A stretch of DNA of 24,000 nt from Geobacillus phage GBK2: the sequence record NC_023612.1. The stretch is one strand, 5' to 3'. Positions within the stretch are counted from its first letter, which is position 1, and each line of letters starts with the position of its first letter. A program made the translations under genes and the position numbers. A model generated the notes under the pieces. It worked only from the letters and a program-made list of their open reading frames with translations. It made no database searches and was not told the DNA's origin. Shown piece after piece: positions 15,747 through 23,843 of this stretch.

Positions 15747-16676
15747 ATGCCGAAAAATCCGCAATTAGATGACGGTTTTATCCGAATTGCTAACGAGTTA
15801 TACGATGAAATTTTGCGGCGCAATTTTACCAAGCGGCAACAAAATATTGTTTTGTTTATATGGCGTTTGTCGTATGGATGCGGCAAAAAGGAATGTATCA
15901 TTGACAAGTTTAATTATTTTGAGTTGGCCGGCTTGGACAAGTCGGACATAAAAAAAGAGCTAAAATATTTGAAAATGTGTAATGTACTTCAATGGGACGA
16001 GCAAACAATGATTTTTGCAATCAACAAAGATTATGATTTGTGGCAAATTAATCCCAATAAAAATTGGGATGATGACAAATTTAAAAAGTTGATTGCATTA
16101 AACTTAAAAGTTGGCAAAATACCAACTGATGTTGGTAAAACACCAACTGATGATATGGTTGGTGAAACACCAACAAATGTTGGTAAAATACCAACCGAAG
16201 TTGGTAAAACACCAACACTTTATCATGATGAAGTTGGTAAAATACCAACTACCGAGTTGGTAAAATACCAACTACAAGAGGCCGCGAGCCCTAGAGCCTC
16301 AAGGGATTCAGAGGCCGTAAATACAATATTAAATACAATAAATAATAAAGAGGAGGAAGTCGACCCGGTCATTGACTTATTAATCAAAAACAACATTGTC
16401 AAACCCGGAGGAATTAATTACACATTGTACGATGATTTGAAAGACATAGAGGACAATTTTGGTTTTGAAAATCCAAATGAAATGATTGTTGAGGCCATTA
16501 AGGATGCGGCAAGAGGAAATGGCCGGACATGGAAATTTGTTTATAACAAATTGGACTTATGGCGCAAACAAGGAATAAAAAACAAAGAACAGTTGCAAGA
16601 GTATTTGATGGATGCAACGCCAAAGCCTAAACGAAATGGACAAGCTCGAAAAACGATTGATTGGGAGGCGTTATAA
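15747..16676 (+). CDS. Phage replication initiator: N-terminal phage O-like domain, repetitive linker, C-terminal DnaD-like domain
   Basis: DDGFIRIANELYDEILRRNFTKRQQNIVLFIWRLSYGCGKKE and MIVEAIKDAARGNGRTWKFVYNKLDLWRKQGI; followed by helicase loader and helicase genes. Confidence 0.85.
   Translation: MPKNPQLDDGFIRIANELYDEILRRNFTKRQQNIVLFIWRLSYGCGKKECIIDKFNYFELAGLDKSDIKKELKYLKMCNVLQWDEQTMIFAINKDYDLWQINPNKNWDDDKFKKLIALNLKVGKIPTDVGKTPTDDMVGETPTNVGKIPTEVGKTPTLYHDEVGKIPTTELVKYQLQEAASPRASRDSEAVNTILNTINNKEEEVDPVIDLLIKNNIVKPGGINYTLYDDLKDIEDNFGFENPNEMIVEAIKDAARGNGRTWKFVYNKLDLWRKQGIKNKEQLQEYLMDATPKPKRNGQARKTIDWEAL
16110..16272. repeat. Seven 17-bp palindromic iterons (consensus GTTGGTAAAAYACCAAC): candidate replication origin
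   Basis: Copies at 16110-16126, 16131-16147, 16158-16174, 16179-16195, 16200-16216, 16233-16249, 16256-16272. AT-rich tract at about 16317-16350. Confidence 0.9.
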
Positions 16677-17056
16677 TGGACAGAGAACAAACAAAAGCCA
16701 TTATTAGAAAAATCAATGCCCTTTACCCAAATGCTTTTAAGATGGACGATATTAAATTTGTCATTGATACATGGCATGAGATTTTAAAAGATTACGAGTT
16801 TGATTTTGTCCATAATAACTTAATAGCTTATGTGAAAACAGGAGCGGAATTTCCGCCAAAAGTTGGCCAATTAATCACTCAACCAAAAAAGGAGATTGAT
16901 GTTTACGTCCCGAGCGCGGAGGAAACGCGGGCCTATTTAGAGGAGCAAGACCGGATAATGCAGGAGGTGGCAAACAATCCAAAAGTCGCGGAGGCCCGGG
17001 AAAAGGCATTAGCGGAAATTCGCAAAATATTGGGCATTGAAGGGGGTAAAAACTAA
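16676..17056 (+). CDS. Replicative helicase loader/inhibitor, G39P-like
   Basis: MDREQTKAIIRKINALYPNAFKMDDIKFVIDTWHEILKDYEFDFVHNNLIAYVKTGAEFPPKVGQLI; directly upstream of the DnaB-like gene. Confidence 0.75.
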   Translation: MDREQTKAIIRKINALYPNAFKMDDIKFVIDTWHEILKDYEFDFVHNNLIAYVKTGAEFPPKVGQLITQPKKEIDVYVPSAEETRAYLEEQDRIMQEVANNPKVAEAREKALAEIRKILGIEGGKN

Positions 17057-18390
17057 TGGAAACAGCGCAGGAAATACTTTTATACAATATGGACGCCGAG
17101 GCGGCGGTTTTGGGGGCACTCCTTTTGGAGCCGGATTTAATAAAAGATTGCCCATTAAAACCGGAACATTTTTCGCCGGGCAAGCATTATAATATCTTTT
17201 GGACGTTGCGGGACATGGATAATAAGGGCATCCCGATAGATATGGTTTCCATTGTGGAGCGGGTGGGTCCGCAAAAAATAGAAAAATTGGGCGGCATCAC
17301 ATATTTAAGCGAGTTGGCCGGAAGCGTCCCGACAACGGCAAATTTTAAATACTATTGCAACGTCGTTTTGGAGTATTACCAAAAGCGGGAAGCGGTTGAA
17401 ATCGCAAACCGGATAAAAAACGCCGCGATTGAGGGCGACCCGATGGAGGCAATTAAGAGCGGGGTAACGGATTTAATGGCGCTTGAAGACAGCGGCACCG
17501 ATGACGACGACGGCGACATAAAAGAGGCATTGGTAAATGTCTATACCGAATTAGAAAACGCGACCGGGGAAATTACGGGCATACCTAGCGGATTCATCGA
17601 ATTAGACCGGATGACCGGAGGATATAAAGGCGGCCAATTTATCGTTGTCGGAGCGCGGCCGGGCGTCGGAAAAACGGCATACGCAATAAACAAGGGCATA
17701 AATGCAGCGGCAAGCCCATTGAACCCGGACGGCGACGTTGTGGCAATCTTTTCGATGGAAATGAGCCAAGAAGAATTAGTCAAGCGAGCAATAGCGGCCC
17801 TAGGAAATATTGAGAGCCAAAAAATGAAAGCAGCAATGCATAAATTTGTGGATGATGATTGGACAAGATTAACCAACGCCCAAGCGCTGCTTTACAACAT
17901 GGATTTAAAAATATTTGACCGCGCCGGCGTTGATGTTAATTACATATGGAGCAAGACACGGAAATTAAAGCGGCAATACGAAGGGCGCCGGATTATGGTT
18001 ATTATTGATTATTTGCAATTAATCGTTGGAAACAGAAAACACCAAGGCAACCGACAAGCCGAAATAAGCGAAATAAGCCGCATGTTGAAACAAATGGCCC
18101 GCGAATTGGATGTTGTTGTCATTGCATTGTCCCAATTAAGCCGGAGCGTTGAGAACCGACAAGAAAAACGGCCGACAATGAGCGATTTGCGAGAAAGCGG
18201 CCAAATTGAGCAAGATGCCGATATAATACAATTTTTGTATCGTGATGATTATTATAACCCGGATACCGAAAATAAAAACATCATTGAGGTTATCGTGGCG
18301 AAACACCGAAACGGCCCGACGGGGGTTGTAAACTTGGCCTTTATTAAAGAGTATGGCAAGTTTGTCAATTTAGAACGGCGGTTTTCCTAA
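17056..18390 (+). CDS. dnaB: Replicative DNA helicase, DnaB family
   Basis: DAEAAVLGALLLEPDLI, GGYKGGQFIVVGARPGVGKTAYAINKG, FSMEMSQEELVKR, VIIDYLQLI, DLRESGQIEQDADIIQFLYRDDYYNP. Confidence 0.97.
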   Translation: METAQEILLYNMDAEAAVLGALLLEPDLIKDCPLKPEHFSPGKHYNIFWTLRDMDNKGIPIDMVSIVERVGPQKIEKLGGITYLSELAGSVPTTANFKYYCNVVLEYYQKREAVEIANRIKNAAIEGDPMEAIKSGVTDLMALEDSGTDDDDGDIKEALVNVYTELENATGEITGIPSGFIELDRMTGGYKGGQFIVVGARPGVGKTAYAINKGINAAASPLNPDGDVVAIFSMEMSQEELVKRAIAALGNIESQKMKAAMHKFVDDDWTRLTNAQALLYNMDLKIFDRAGVDVNYIWSKTRKLKRQYEGRRIMVIIDYLQLIVGNRKHQGNRQAEISEISRMLKQMARELDVVVIALSQLSRSVENRQEKRPTMSDLRESGQIEQDADIIQFLYRDDYYNPDTENKNIIEVIVAKHRNGPTGVVNLAFIKEYGKFVNLERRFS

Positions 18391-18426
18391 TTGGACAAGC
18401 CGCCGGATAGGCAAGGAGGGGTAAAC

Positions 18427-18867
18427 GTGAAAAAATGCAAAAAATGCAATGATACCGGGCGATTGTCGAGGGGGCGATATTGCGATTGTAAAGAAGGGGC
18501 ATTTGCAAAAGCAAAAGACAAATTGGAGGAGGAGGCAAAAGCGATTGAAAAAATGTTTACACAAACGCCGACGGTAAACCCGGACAAATTTAAAACGAAA
18601 TTAAACGTAAATGTCGGCGATTGGGTGGAGCATGGCAATGTTATAGGGGTTGTTGGCGCAATTGACGATAAACATATTAAATTCCTGCCGGTTAGAACAA
18701 AGAGCGGGACGGCATACGAATCTCCGGGCTTTTGGATTAACGGCGAAAATAAAAAGCCGCTGCCGCTTGAATCATTCGACGATGCAACCGCGTTTTTGAT
18801 TGATTTAGCATTAATGACCAATGACAAAGAATGGTTTTATGAATTAACGGGAGGGAAAAAGAAATGA
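18427..18867 (+). CDS. Hypothetical protein with N-terminal zinc-binding motif
   Basis: MKKCKKCNDTGRLSRGRYCDCKEG (CxxC...CxC); GTG start after GGAGGGGTAAAC. Confidence 0.6.
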   Translation: MKKCKKCNDTGRLSRGRYCDCKEGAFAKAKDKLEEEAKAIEKMFTQTPTVNPDKFKTKLNVNVGDWVEHGNVIGVVGAIDDKHIKFLPVRTKSGTAYESPGFWINGENKKPLPLESFDDATAFLIDLALMTNDKEWFYELTGGKKK

Positions 18868-18885
18868 TTGATAAAGAGAAAATGG
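18823..18885. repeat. Left copy of 63-bp direct repeat flanking the methyltransferase gene
   Basis: 58/63 identical to 19673-19735, exactly 850 bp apart; last 29 nt identical. Confidence 0.9.
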
Positions 18886-19673
18886 AACAAATAGGACAAC
18901 TAGAATTAAATCGAATTTATCAAATGGATTGTTTGGAAGGGATGAAGTTAATACCGGATAAAAGTATAGATATGATTTTGTGTGATTTACCTTATGGTAC
19001 GACAGCATGTAAGTGGGATACGGTTATTCCTTTTGAGCCTTTATGGGAGCAGTACGAGCGCATAATTAAAGATAACGGGGCGATAGTGTTGACAGCTTCA
19101 CAACCGTTTACAAGTGCATTGATAATGAGCAATCCTAAGTTGTTCCGTTATGAGTGGATTTGGGAAAAAACACTGGCGACAAATTTTATGTTTGTTAAAA
19201 AACAACCAGCAAAGAAACATGAAAATATTTTAGTGTTTTATAAAAAACAGCCGACATATAATCCACAGATGGAAGAAGGAAAGCCTTATAAAGATAAAAG
19301 GACAACAAGATACAAAGAAAAAAGTAAAATCGAACGTGAAATCATTATGGATTTAATGGGTCAACATATTAAAAAACCAATCGAAAATAAAGGTACACGT
19401 TATCCGGGGACAGTCCAAAAATTTAGTAATGGAAATAATGGTAATATACACCCGACACAAAAACCTGTCGCCTTATTTGAATATTTAATAAAAACATATA
19501 CAAACGAAGGCGAAATTGTCCTTGACAACTGCATGGGCTCCGGTACAACCGCTATCGCCGCATTGAAAACCAACCGCAAATTTATTGGTTTTGAAATAGA
19601 GGCGGAATATTACGAAAAAGCAAACGAACGCATTAAAAAGTTTCAGTCAGAAATCAATGTGTTCAAAAATTAG
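18864..19673 (+). CDS. DNA methyltransferase (N6-adenine or N4-cytosine), beta-class motif order
   Basis: Motif IV MILCDLPYGTTACKWD precedes motif I-like LDNCMGSGTTAIAAL. Confidence 0.92.
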   Translation: MIDKEKMEQIGQLELNRIYQMDCLEGMKLIPDKSIDMILCDLPYGTTACKWDTVIPFEPLWEQYERIIKDNGAIVLTASQPFTSALIMSNPKLFRYEWIWEKTLATNFMFVKKQPAKKHENILVFYKKQPTYNPQMEEGKPYKDKRTTRYKEKSKIEREIIMDLMGQHIKKPIENKGTRYPGTVQKFSNGNNGNIHPTQKPVALFEYLIKTYTNEGEIVLDNCMGSGTTAIAALKTNRKFIGFEIEAEYYEKANERIKKFQSEINVFKN

Positions 19674-19735
19674 ACAAGCAATGGTTTTGTGAATTAACAG
19701 GAGGGGAAAAGAAATGATTGATAAAGAGAAAATGG
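19673..19735. repeat. Right copy of 63-bp direct repeat flanking the methyltransferase gene
   Basis: See 18823-18885. Confidence 0.9.
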
Positions 19736-20136
19736 TTTGCAACTGCAAAGGCTGCCAAGAGGAGCGGGCGGAGTTGGAGCGCCAATTAAACAATCCGTTT
19801 TATAAAAAAGTCGATGAATTTAGGGAGGAGGTGAAGCGGGAGCAATTCGCCAAGGCGGTTAAAAAGTACAATGAACCATTCAACCCGGACAGTTGGACGG
19901 GCGAGGAGTTAGCCCGGCATGCGATGCAAGAAAATTATGACCAAAGCGTTTATATAACCGGGTTGATGGATAGGGTTGTAAAGCAAGAAAAAACGATTGA
20001 GTTTTTATTAGGGACACTTTCATCAATCGCAAACCATAATCATTTGACCGTCCCGCAATTGCTGATTAAAGAGAAAGCAGCGGAGGCGGTCAAGGCAGCC
20101 AACGAAATGATGACATGGAAAAGGGAGGAGAAATAA
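19714..20136 (+). CDS. Hypothetical protein with short N-terminal Cys cluster
   Basis: MIDKEKMVCNCKGCQEERAELERQLNN; RBS GGAGGGG; abuts thyA. Confidence 0.55.
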   Translation: MIDKEKMVCNCKGCQEERAELERQLNNPFYKKVDEFREEVKREQFAKAVKKYNEPFNPDSWTGEELARHAMQENYDQSVYITGLMDRVVKQEKTIEFLLGTLSSIANHNHLTVPQLLIKEKAAEAVKAANEMMTWKREEK

Positions 20137-21005
20137 TGAAACAGTCAACCATTGAAGTATTAAGAAAAATTCGGTATAGCGAAGGCAATTATTTAAAGTT
20201 ATTACGCAACGTTTTGGAATACGGCACCCAAAAAGAAGACCGAACCGGGACGGGGACAATTTCATTATTCGGCGTCCAAGCGCGCTACAATTTGCAAGAA
20301 GGGTACCCGCTGCTTACAACCAAGGAAATGAATTTAAACAAGGTTTTGGGCGAATATTTAGCCTTTATCCATGCGGAGACAAACGCCAATGTCATTGGTG
20401 ATAAATACGGGTTTAAAATTTGGAAGTTATGGGCCGATGAAAACGGCGATTTAGGCCCGGTTTACGGCAAGCAATGGCGGCAATGGGAAACACATGAGCC
20501 GTTGGAAGAGTACCCGGGTATTTACAGAAAACGGACGGTTGACCAACTTCAATGGGTTATTGACGAAATTAAACGAAACCCAAACAGCCGCCGCTTAATG
20601 GTGAACGCTTGGAACACCGGAGAATTACATAAAATGGCGCTGCCGCCTTGTCATTTTGCCTTTCAATTCAACGTCACCGATGGAAAATTAAATTGTATGG
20701 TTTACCAACGCAGCGGAGATATGTTTTTAGGGGTACCGTTTAACATCGCCGGTTATGCAGCTATAACCATGATGATTGCCCAATTAACCAATTTAGAGCC
20801 GGGCGAGCTTGTCCATGCTATCGCAGACGCGCACATTTATTTAAATCACATCGAGCAAGTAAAGGAACAATTAAGCCGCGAGCCGCGACCGCTGCCGCAA
20901 TTAAAAATTAGACCGAAAAAGAGCATTGACGAATATTGGTTTGATGATTTTGAGCTTATCGGATACAACCCGCACCCGGCGATTAAAGGAGAGGTAAGCG
21001 TATAA
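20136..21005 (+). CDS. thyA: Thymidylate synthase (folate-dependent ThyA type)
   Basis: DRTGTGTISLFG, LGPVYGKQWRQW, RRLMVNAWN, MALPPCHFAFQFNV, QRSGDMFLGVPFNIAGYA, DAHIYLNH. Confidence 0.97.
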   Translation: MKQSTIEVLRKIRYSEGNYLKLLRNVLEYGTQKEDRTGTGTISLFGVQARYNLQEGYPLLTTKEMNLNKVLGEYLAFIHAETNANVIGDKYGFKIWKLWADENGDLGPVYGKQWRQWETHEPLEEYPGIYRKRTVDQLQWVIDEIKRNPNSRRLMVNAWNTGELHKMALPPCHFAFQFNVTDGKLNCMVYQRSGDMFLGVPFNIAGYAAITMMIAQLTNLEPGELVHAIADAHIYLNHIEQVKEQLSREPRPLPQLKIRPKKSIDEYWFDDFELIGYNPHPAIKGEVSV

Positions 21006-21048
21006 CGTTAAGTTTATTTTAAAAACGTAATGAGAGGGGCGAGAGCAA

Positions 21049-21246
21049 GTGAATCTTTTAGAACATTACATTCAAGAAGTAATCAGCGTTGAACCGTATG
21101 AAGAAGATTGGACAAAAGAATTCAACGAGAAGTTTTTGAAAATCAAAGTAATTACGAATTGTTACGGATGCATCAAAGAACATGAAACGATTGAAACGGA
21201 AAAAGAATGGGAAGAAGCGAAAAAACGTGGTTATTTCATATGGTGA
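21049..21246 (+). CDS. Small hypothetical protein
   Basis: 65 aa, GTG start, RBS GAGAGGGGCGAGAG; contains CYGC. Confidence 0.5.
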   Translation: MNLLEHYIQEVISVEPYEEDWTKEFNEKFLKIKVITNCYGCIKEHETIETEKEWEEAKKRGYFIW

Positions 21247-21251
21247 AAAAT

Positions 21252-21536
21252 ATGACTTTCAACAAAGGCTTTCTTTGCCCAACATGCGGCCCAATCGAAA
21301 AGAGCAAAAAGAAAACAATCAAGAAAGTACAGTATGACACTTGCCCGGATTGCGGCAACATTGTAACGCCATGGGAGCGCCCATTAAATGAGCGCCCCGG
21401 GCGTTGTGGAAATTGTGGAAATGCAAAATTTAAGTTGGCAATGGTGAAAGGGCATTTGTTAAGATGCTGCCAACATTGCAGCGAGGTTTTTGACGTCGAT
21501 GCAAACAAAGTGATTAGAAAGGGGCAAAGACATTGA
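21252..21536 (+). CDS. Multi-zinc-ribbon protein
   Basis: Four CxxC motifs: CPTC, CPDC, CGNC, CQHC. Start uncertain (21240, 21243 or 21252). Confidence 0.6.
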   Translation: MTFNKGFLCPTCGPIEKSKKKTIKKVQYDTCPDCGNIVTPWERPLNERPGRCGNCGNAKFKLAMVKGHLLRCCQHCSEVFDVDANKVIRKGQRH

Positions 21537-22000
21537 AATTGGGGCATTTATATAAAATTCAAGCGAAGTTAAAGGAGCGCATCGGATATAAAGGCGAGGA
21601 TAAGTTAGAAAAAATGACGTTGGCCCTTTTGGTTGAATTAGGAGAAACGGCCAACGAATGGCGCGGCTTTAAATATTGGTCAAAAGACCAATTGCCAAGG
21701 CCAAAACTATTGGAGGAATACGTTGACGGACTGCATTTTGTTTTGGAGTTAGGTTTAGATTTGGGGCATACAATCGACAAAGTAAGTCCTTTCAAATATA
21801 CAAATATCACTCAACAATTTTTATTGATTCATGGCCTAGTCCGGGAAGTGTTTTTATATAAAAACAAATACGATTATTTGCTTTTGGTTGAATTATATTT
21901 AGGTTTGGGCGAAATGTTAGGTTTTACGAGCGAACAAATAGAGGCCGCTTATTTGGAGAAAAACCGCATAAACCATGAGCGGCAAAATAACGGATATTGA
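21533..22000 (+). CDS. Dimeric (all-alpha, MazG-like) dUTPase
   Basis: ALLVELGETANEWRGFKYWSKDQLPRPKLLEEYVDGLHFVLELGLDLG matches the type 2 dUTPase core. Confidence 0.9.
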   Translation: MKLGHLYKIQAKLKERIGYKGEDKLEKMTLALLVELGETANEWRGFKYWSKDQLPRPKLLEEYVDGLHFVLELGLDLGHTIDKVSPFKYTNITQQFLLIHGLVREVFLYKNKYDYLLLVELYLGLGEMLGFTSEQIEAAYLEKNRINHERQNNGY

Positions 22001-22012
22001 GGAGGAGAGGCA

Positions 22013-22183
22013 ATGTTTTTAGATGCCAACGAAAAAATGGAGAGCGCATTAAAGGATTTGGCAATTATGGCAATGAAGTATTACAAAGAGTTGAGACTAC
22101 AAGGGTTTGACGATGAACAAGCATTTACATTGGTTATCGAATGGCAAAAGGCTATTATGGGCGTTGGAGTTATCAACCGATAA
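22013..22183 (+). CDS. 56-aa hypothetical protein
   Basis: MFLDANEKMESALKDLAIMAMKYYKELRLQGFDDEQAFTLVIEWQKAIMGVGVINR*; RBS GGAGGAGAGG. Below the ORF-track size cut-off. Confidence 0.6.
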   Translation: MFLDANEKMESALKDLAIMAMKYYKELRLQGFDDEQAFTLVIEWQKAIMGVGVINR

Positions 22184-22198
22184 GAGGAGGGGTAAAAA

Positions 22199-22555
22199 AT
22201 GAAAGCGAATGAAGTACCGCGCATTGATTTGTTGGAACGGGATGTAAAAATTTTGCTTGGTGAAGTGAGAAGGATGCAAAAGGAAAACGAGAGTTTGAAA
22301 AACAAAATTGAGTTGTTGGAGGCCCAAAAAGCCGAGTTAAAAGCGCGTTTAAAGCCGTATGAGGACGCGGAAAAGGAAGATATAGGGTTTTATATTCAGA
22401 GCCAAAGAAAAGCGCTAAAAATGGGCATTACGGCCTTTTCCCGGGCGTTGGGAATATCAACCCAAACGCTACAAAATTATGAAAAGGGAAAAGGGAATTT
22501 AGACAACATGCGCGAAATAGTTGAAAAGATTAAAGAAATGAAGGTGATAAAATGA
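22199..22555 (+). CDS. Coiled-coil protein with C-terminal XRE-like HTH
   Basis: Coiled coil RMQKENESLKNKIELLEAQKAEL then IQSQRKALKMGITAFSRALGISTQTLQNYEKGKGN. Confidence 0.7.
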   Translation: MKANEVPRIDLLERDVKILLGEVRRMQKENESLKNKIELLEAQKAELKARLKPYEDAEKEDIGFYIQSQRKALKMGITAFSRALGISTQTLQNYEKGKGNLDNMREIVEKIKEMKVIK

Positions 22556-23043
22556 CTAATTGCTCATGTGGGGGGTACGGCTGCAAATTATGCGCCGGAC
22601 AAGCCCCACCAAAAATATTTATTCCTATCGAACCGATGGGAGCGGTACGGACAACACAAAAACAAAAATTCGTTGATAAGCGGGCCAAGCGTTATGCCGA
22701 ATATAAGGAGGCCGTGGCGCTTATGGCCCGGTCTCGAATACGGCAACCGGTACCGCCGGGAAAAGCTATTATTTTGACTGATGTAACGTTTTACATGCCG
22801 ATGCCGAAAAGCGGTAAAACAACCGTTGTTATTAACGGGCAGCGAAAGCAAATAAAGATTAGTGAGGGTATGCCGCACATTCATACACCGGATTTGGACA
22901 ACCTACTAAAAGGGTTAAAAGATAGTTTAAAAGGCATTGCATGGCATGACGATGCGCGGGTTTACAAATATACAAACCCGCAAAAGGTTTATAGTGAATA
23001 TCCGGGCATTGAGTTTGGTATTAAGTACGTTGATTTATTTTAA
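22552..23043 (+). CDS. rusA: RusA-like Holliday junction resolvase with N-terminal Cys cluster
   Basis: MPMPKSGKTT...HIHTPDLDNLLKGLKDSLKGIAWHDDARVYKY is the RusA acidic core. Confidence 0.88.
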   Translation: MTNCSCGGYGCKLCAGQAPPKIFIPIEPMGAVRTTQKQKFVDKRAKRYAEYKEAVALMARSRIRQPVPPGKAIILTDVTFYMPMPKSGKTTVVINGQRKQIKISEGMPHIHTPDLDNLLKGLKDSLKGIAWHDDARVYKYTNPQKVYSEYPGIEFGIKYVDLF

Positions 23044-23060
23044 TATTTGGAGGGAACAAA

Positions 23061-23222
23061 ATGCATAACACCGCAACGATTACATGGAACGAGAAAGAGG
23101 GCCGCTATGAGCTTCACATTGGCGGCAAATTAAAAGCCTATACCCAACACGACCATAAGCAGGGAGCCGCTGAAATGGAACGCATGGCGCGGGAAAAAGG
23201 TTATGAAGTAGTTTATAAGTAA
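23061..23222 (+). CDS. 53-aa hypothetical protein
   Basis: MHNTATITWNEKEGRYELHIGGKLKAYTQHDHKQGAAEMERMAREKGYEVVYK*; RBS GGAGGG. Below the ORF-track size cut-off. Confidence 0.6.
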   Translation: MHNTATITWNEKEGRYELHIGGKLKAYTQHDHKQGAAEMERMAREKGYEVVYK

Positions 23223-23236
23223 GGAGTGGGTAACAA

Positions 23237-23488
23237 ATGGGCATGCGAGAAAAGTTATTACGGGCATATATACAAGGATGCAATGATACATGGGATTTAG
23301 TCGAGGAAGCAATTAAAGAAGTGCCCGGCATCGGCCCAAAAACGCATGCTAAAATGATGGATGCAATAAAACAAATGGCCGCGCGTGAGGTTGAGGCGGT
23401 CAACAATTTGCGCCCGGCCGAGCGAAAAAAGCTATTTAGCACCATTGAAAAAATGGGGACAAAGGGAGAGGTAAACCATGGACAATGA
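23237..23488 (+). CDS. Small protein with helix-hairpin-helix-like motif
   Basis: IKEVPGIGPKTHAKMMDAIKQMA. Confidence 0.55.
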   Translation: MGMREKLLRAYIQGCNDTWDLVEEAIKEVPGIGPKTHAKMMDAIKQMAAREVEAVNNLRPAERKKLFSTIEKMGTKGEVNHGQ

Positions 23489-23660
23489 GAAAATCGAAAA
23501 AATGGTTAGGGAATTGGAAACACTAAAGTTTTTTGGGTTGCTCAACCGCTTGCCAAATGATTTTTACAAATTGACCGACGACGAAAAGGCCGAAGTAATC
23601 AGACGATACCGGCAACGGAATGGTTTGAGCGCCGGGCGGCCATTCAACGAAACAAAATAA
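23478..23660 (+). CDS. Small hypothetical protein
   Basis: 60 aa, overlapping start with RBS GGGAGAGG. Confidence 0.5.
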   Translation: MDNEKIEKMVRELETLKFFGLLNRLPNDFYKLTDDEKAEVIRRYRQRNGLSAGRPFNETK

Positions 23661-23667
23661 AAAACGC

Positions 23668-23707
23668 TTGTCCCAAATTTATAAAAATATGGTACAATGA
23701 CATTGTA
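23668..23707 (+). promoter_or_regulatory. Extended -10 promoter overlapped by a perfect dyad
   Basis: TTGTCC (19-nt spacer, weak) with TGGTACAAT; dyad TACAATG-A-CATTGTA at 23693-23707. Confidence 0.6.
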
Positions 23708-23823
23708 AGGGAGTGGGTTAACCCGGGCCGCATACCGGGTAAGTTTATGCGGGGGTGGCAACCGATAGCCGCACAGCCCAAAAAGCGTTATGGTTTTCGC
23801 CTGTTACCATAGCGCTTTTTTTA
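23704..23823 (+). ncRNA. Candidate structured small RNA or attenuator leader, unidentified family
   Basis: About 120 nt noncoding between a promoter and a strong terminator; contains a possible H-type pseudoknot and further stems. Folded by hand. Confidence 0.6.
23780..23823 (+). terminator. Rho-independent terminator
   Basis: AAAAAGCGTTATGGT ... ACCATAGCGCTTTTTTT (15-bp stem with one G-U). Confidence 0.92.
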
Positions 23824-23843
23824 ATACAACAAGAAACGGCACC

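Noticed and set aside
16110-16272. Repeat array considered as CRISPR.
   Set aside because: Units are 17 bp with only 4-16 bp between them, lie in frame in a coding gene, and there are no cas genes.
23704-23823. Possible T-box leader because of GGGGGTGGCAACCG.
   Set aside because: Too short, no Stem I or specifier features, and the T-box core (GGTGGNACCGCG) is not matched exactly.
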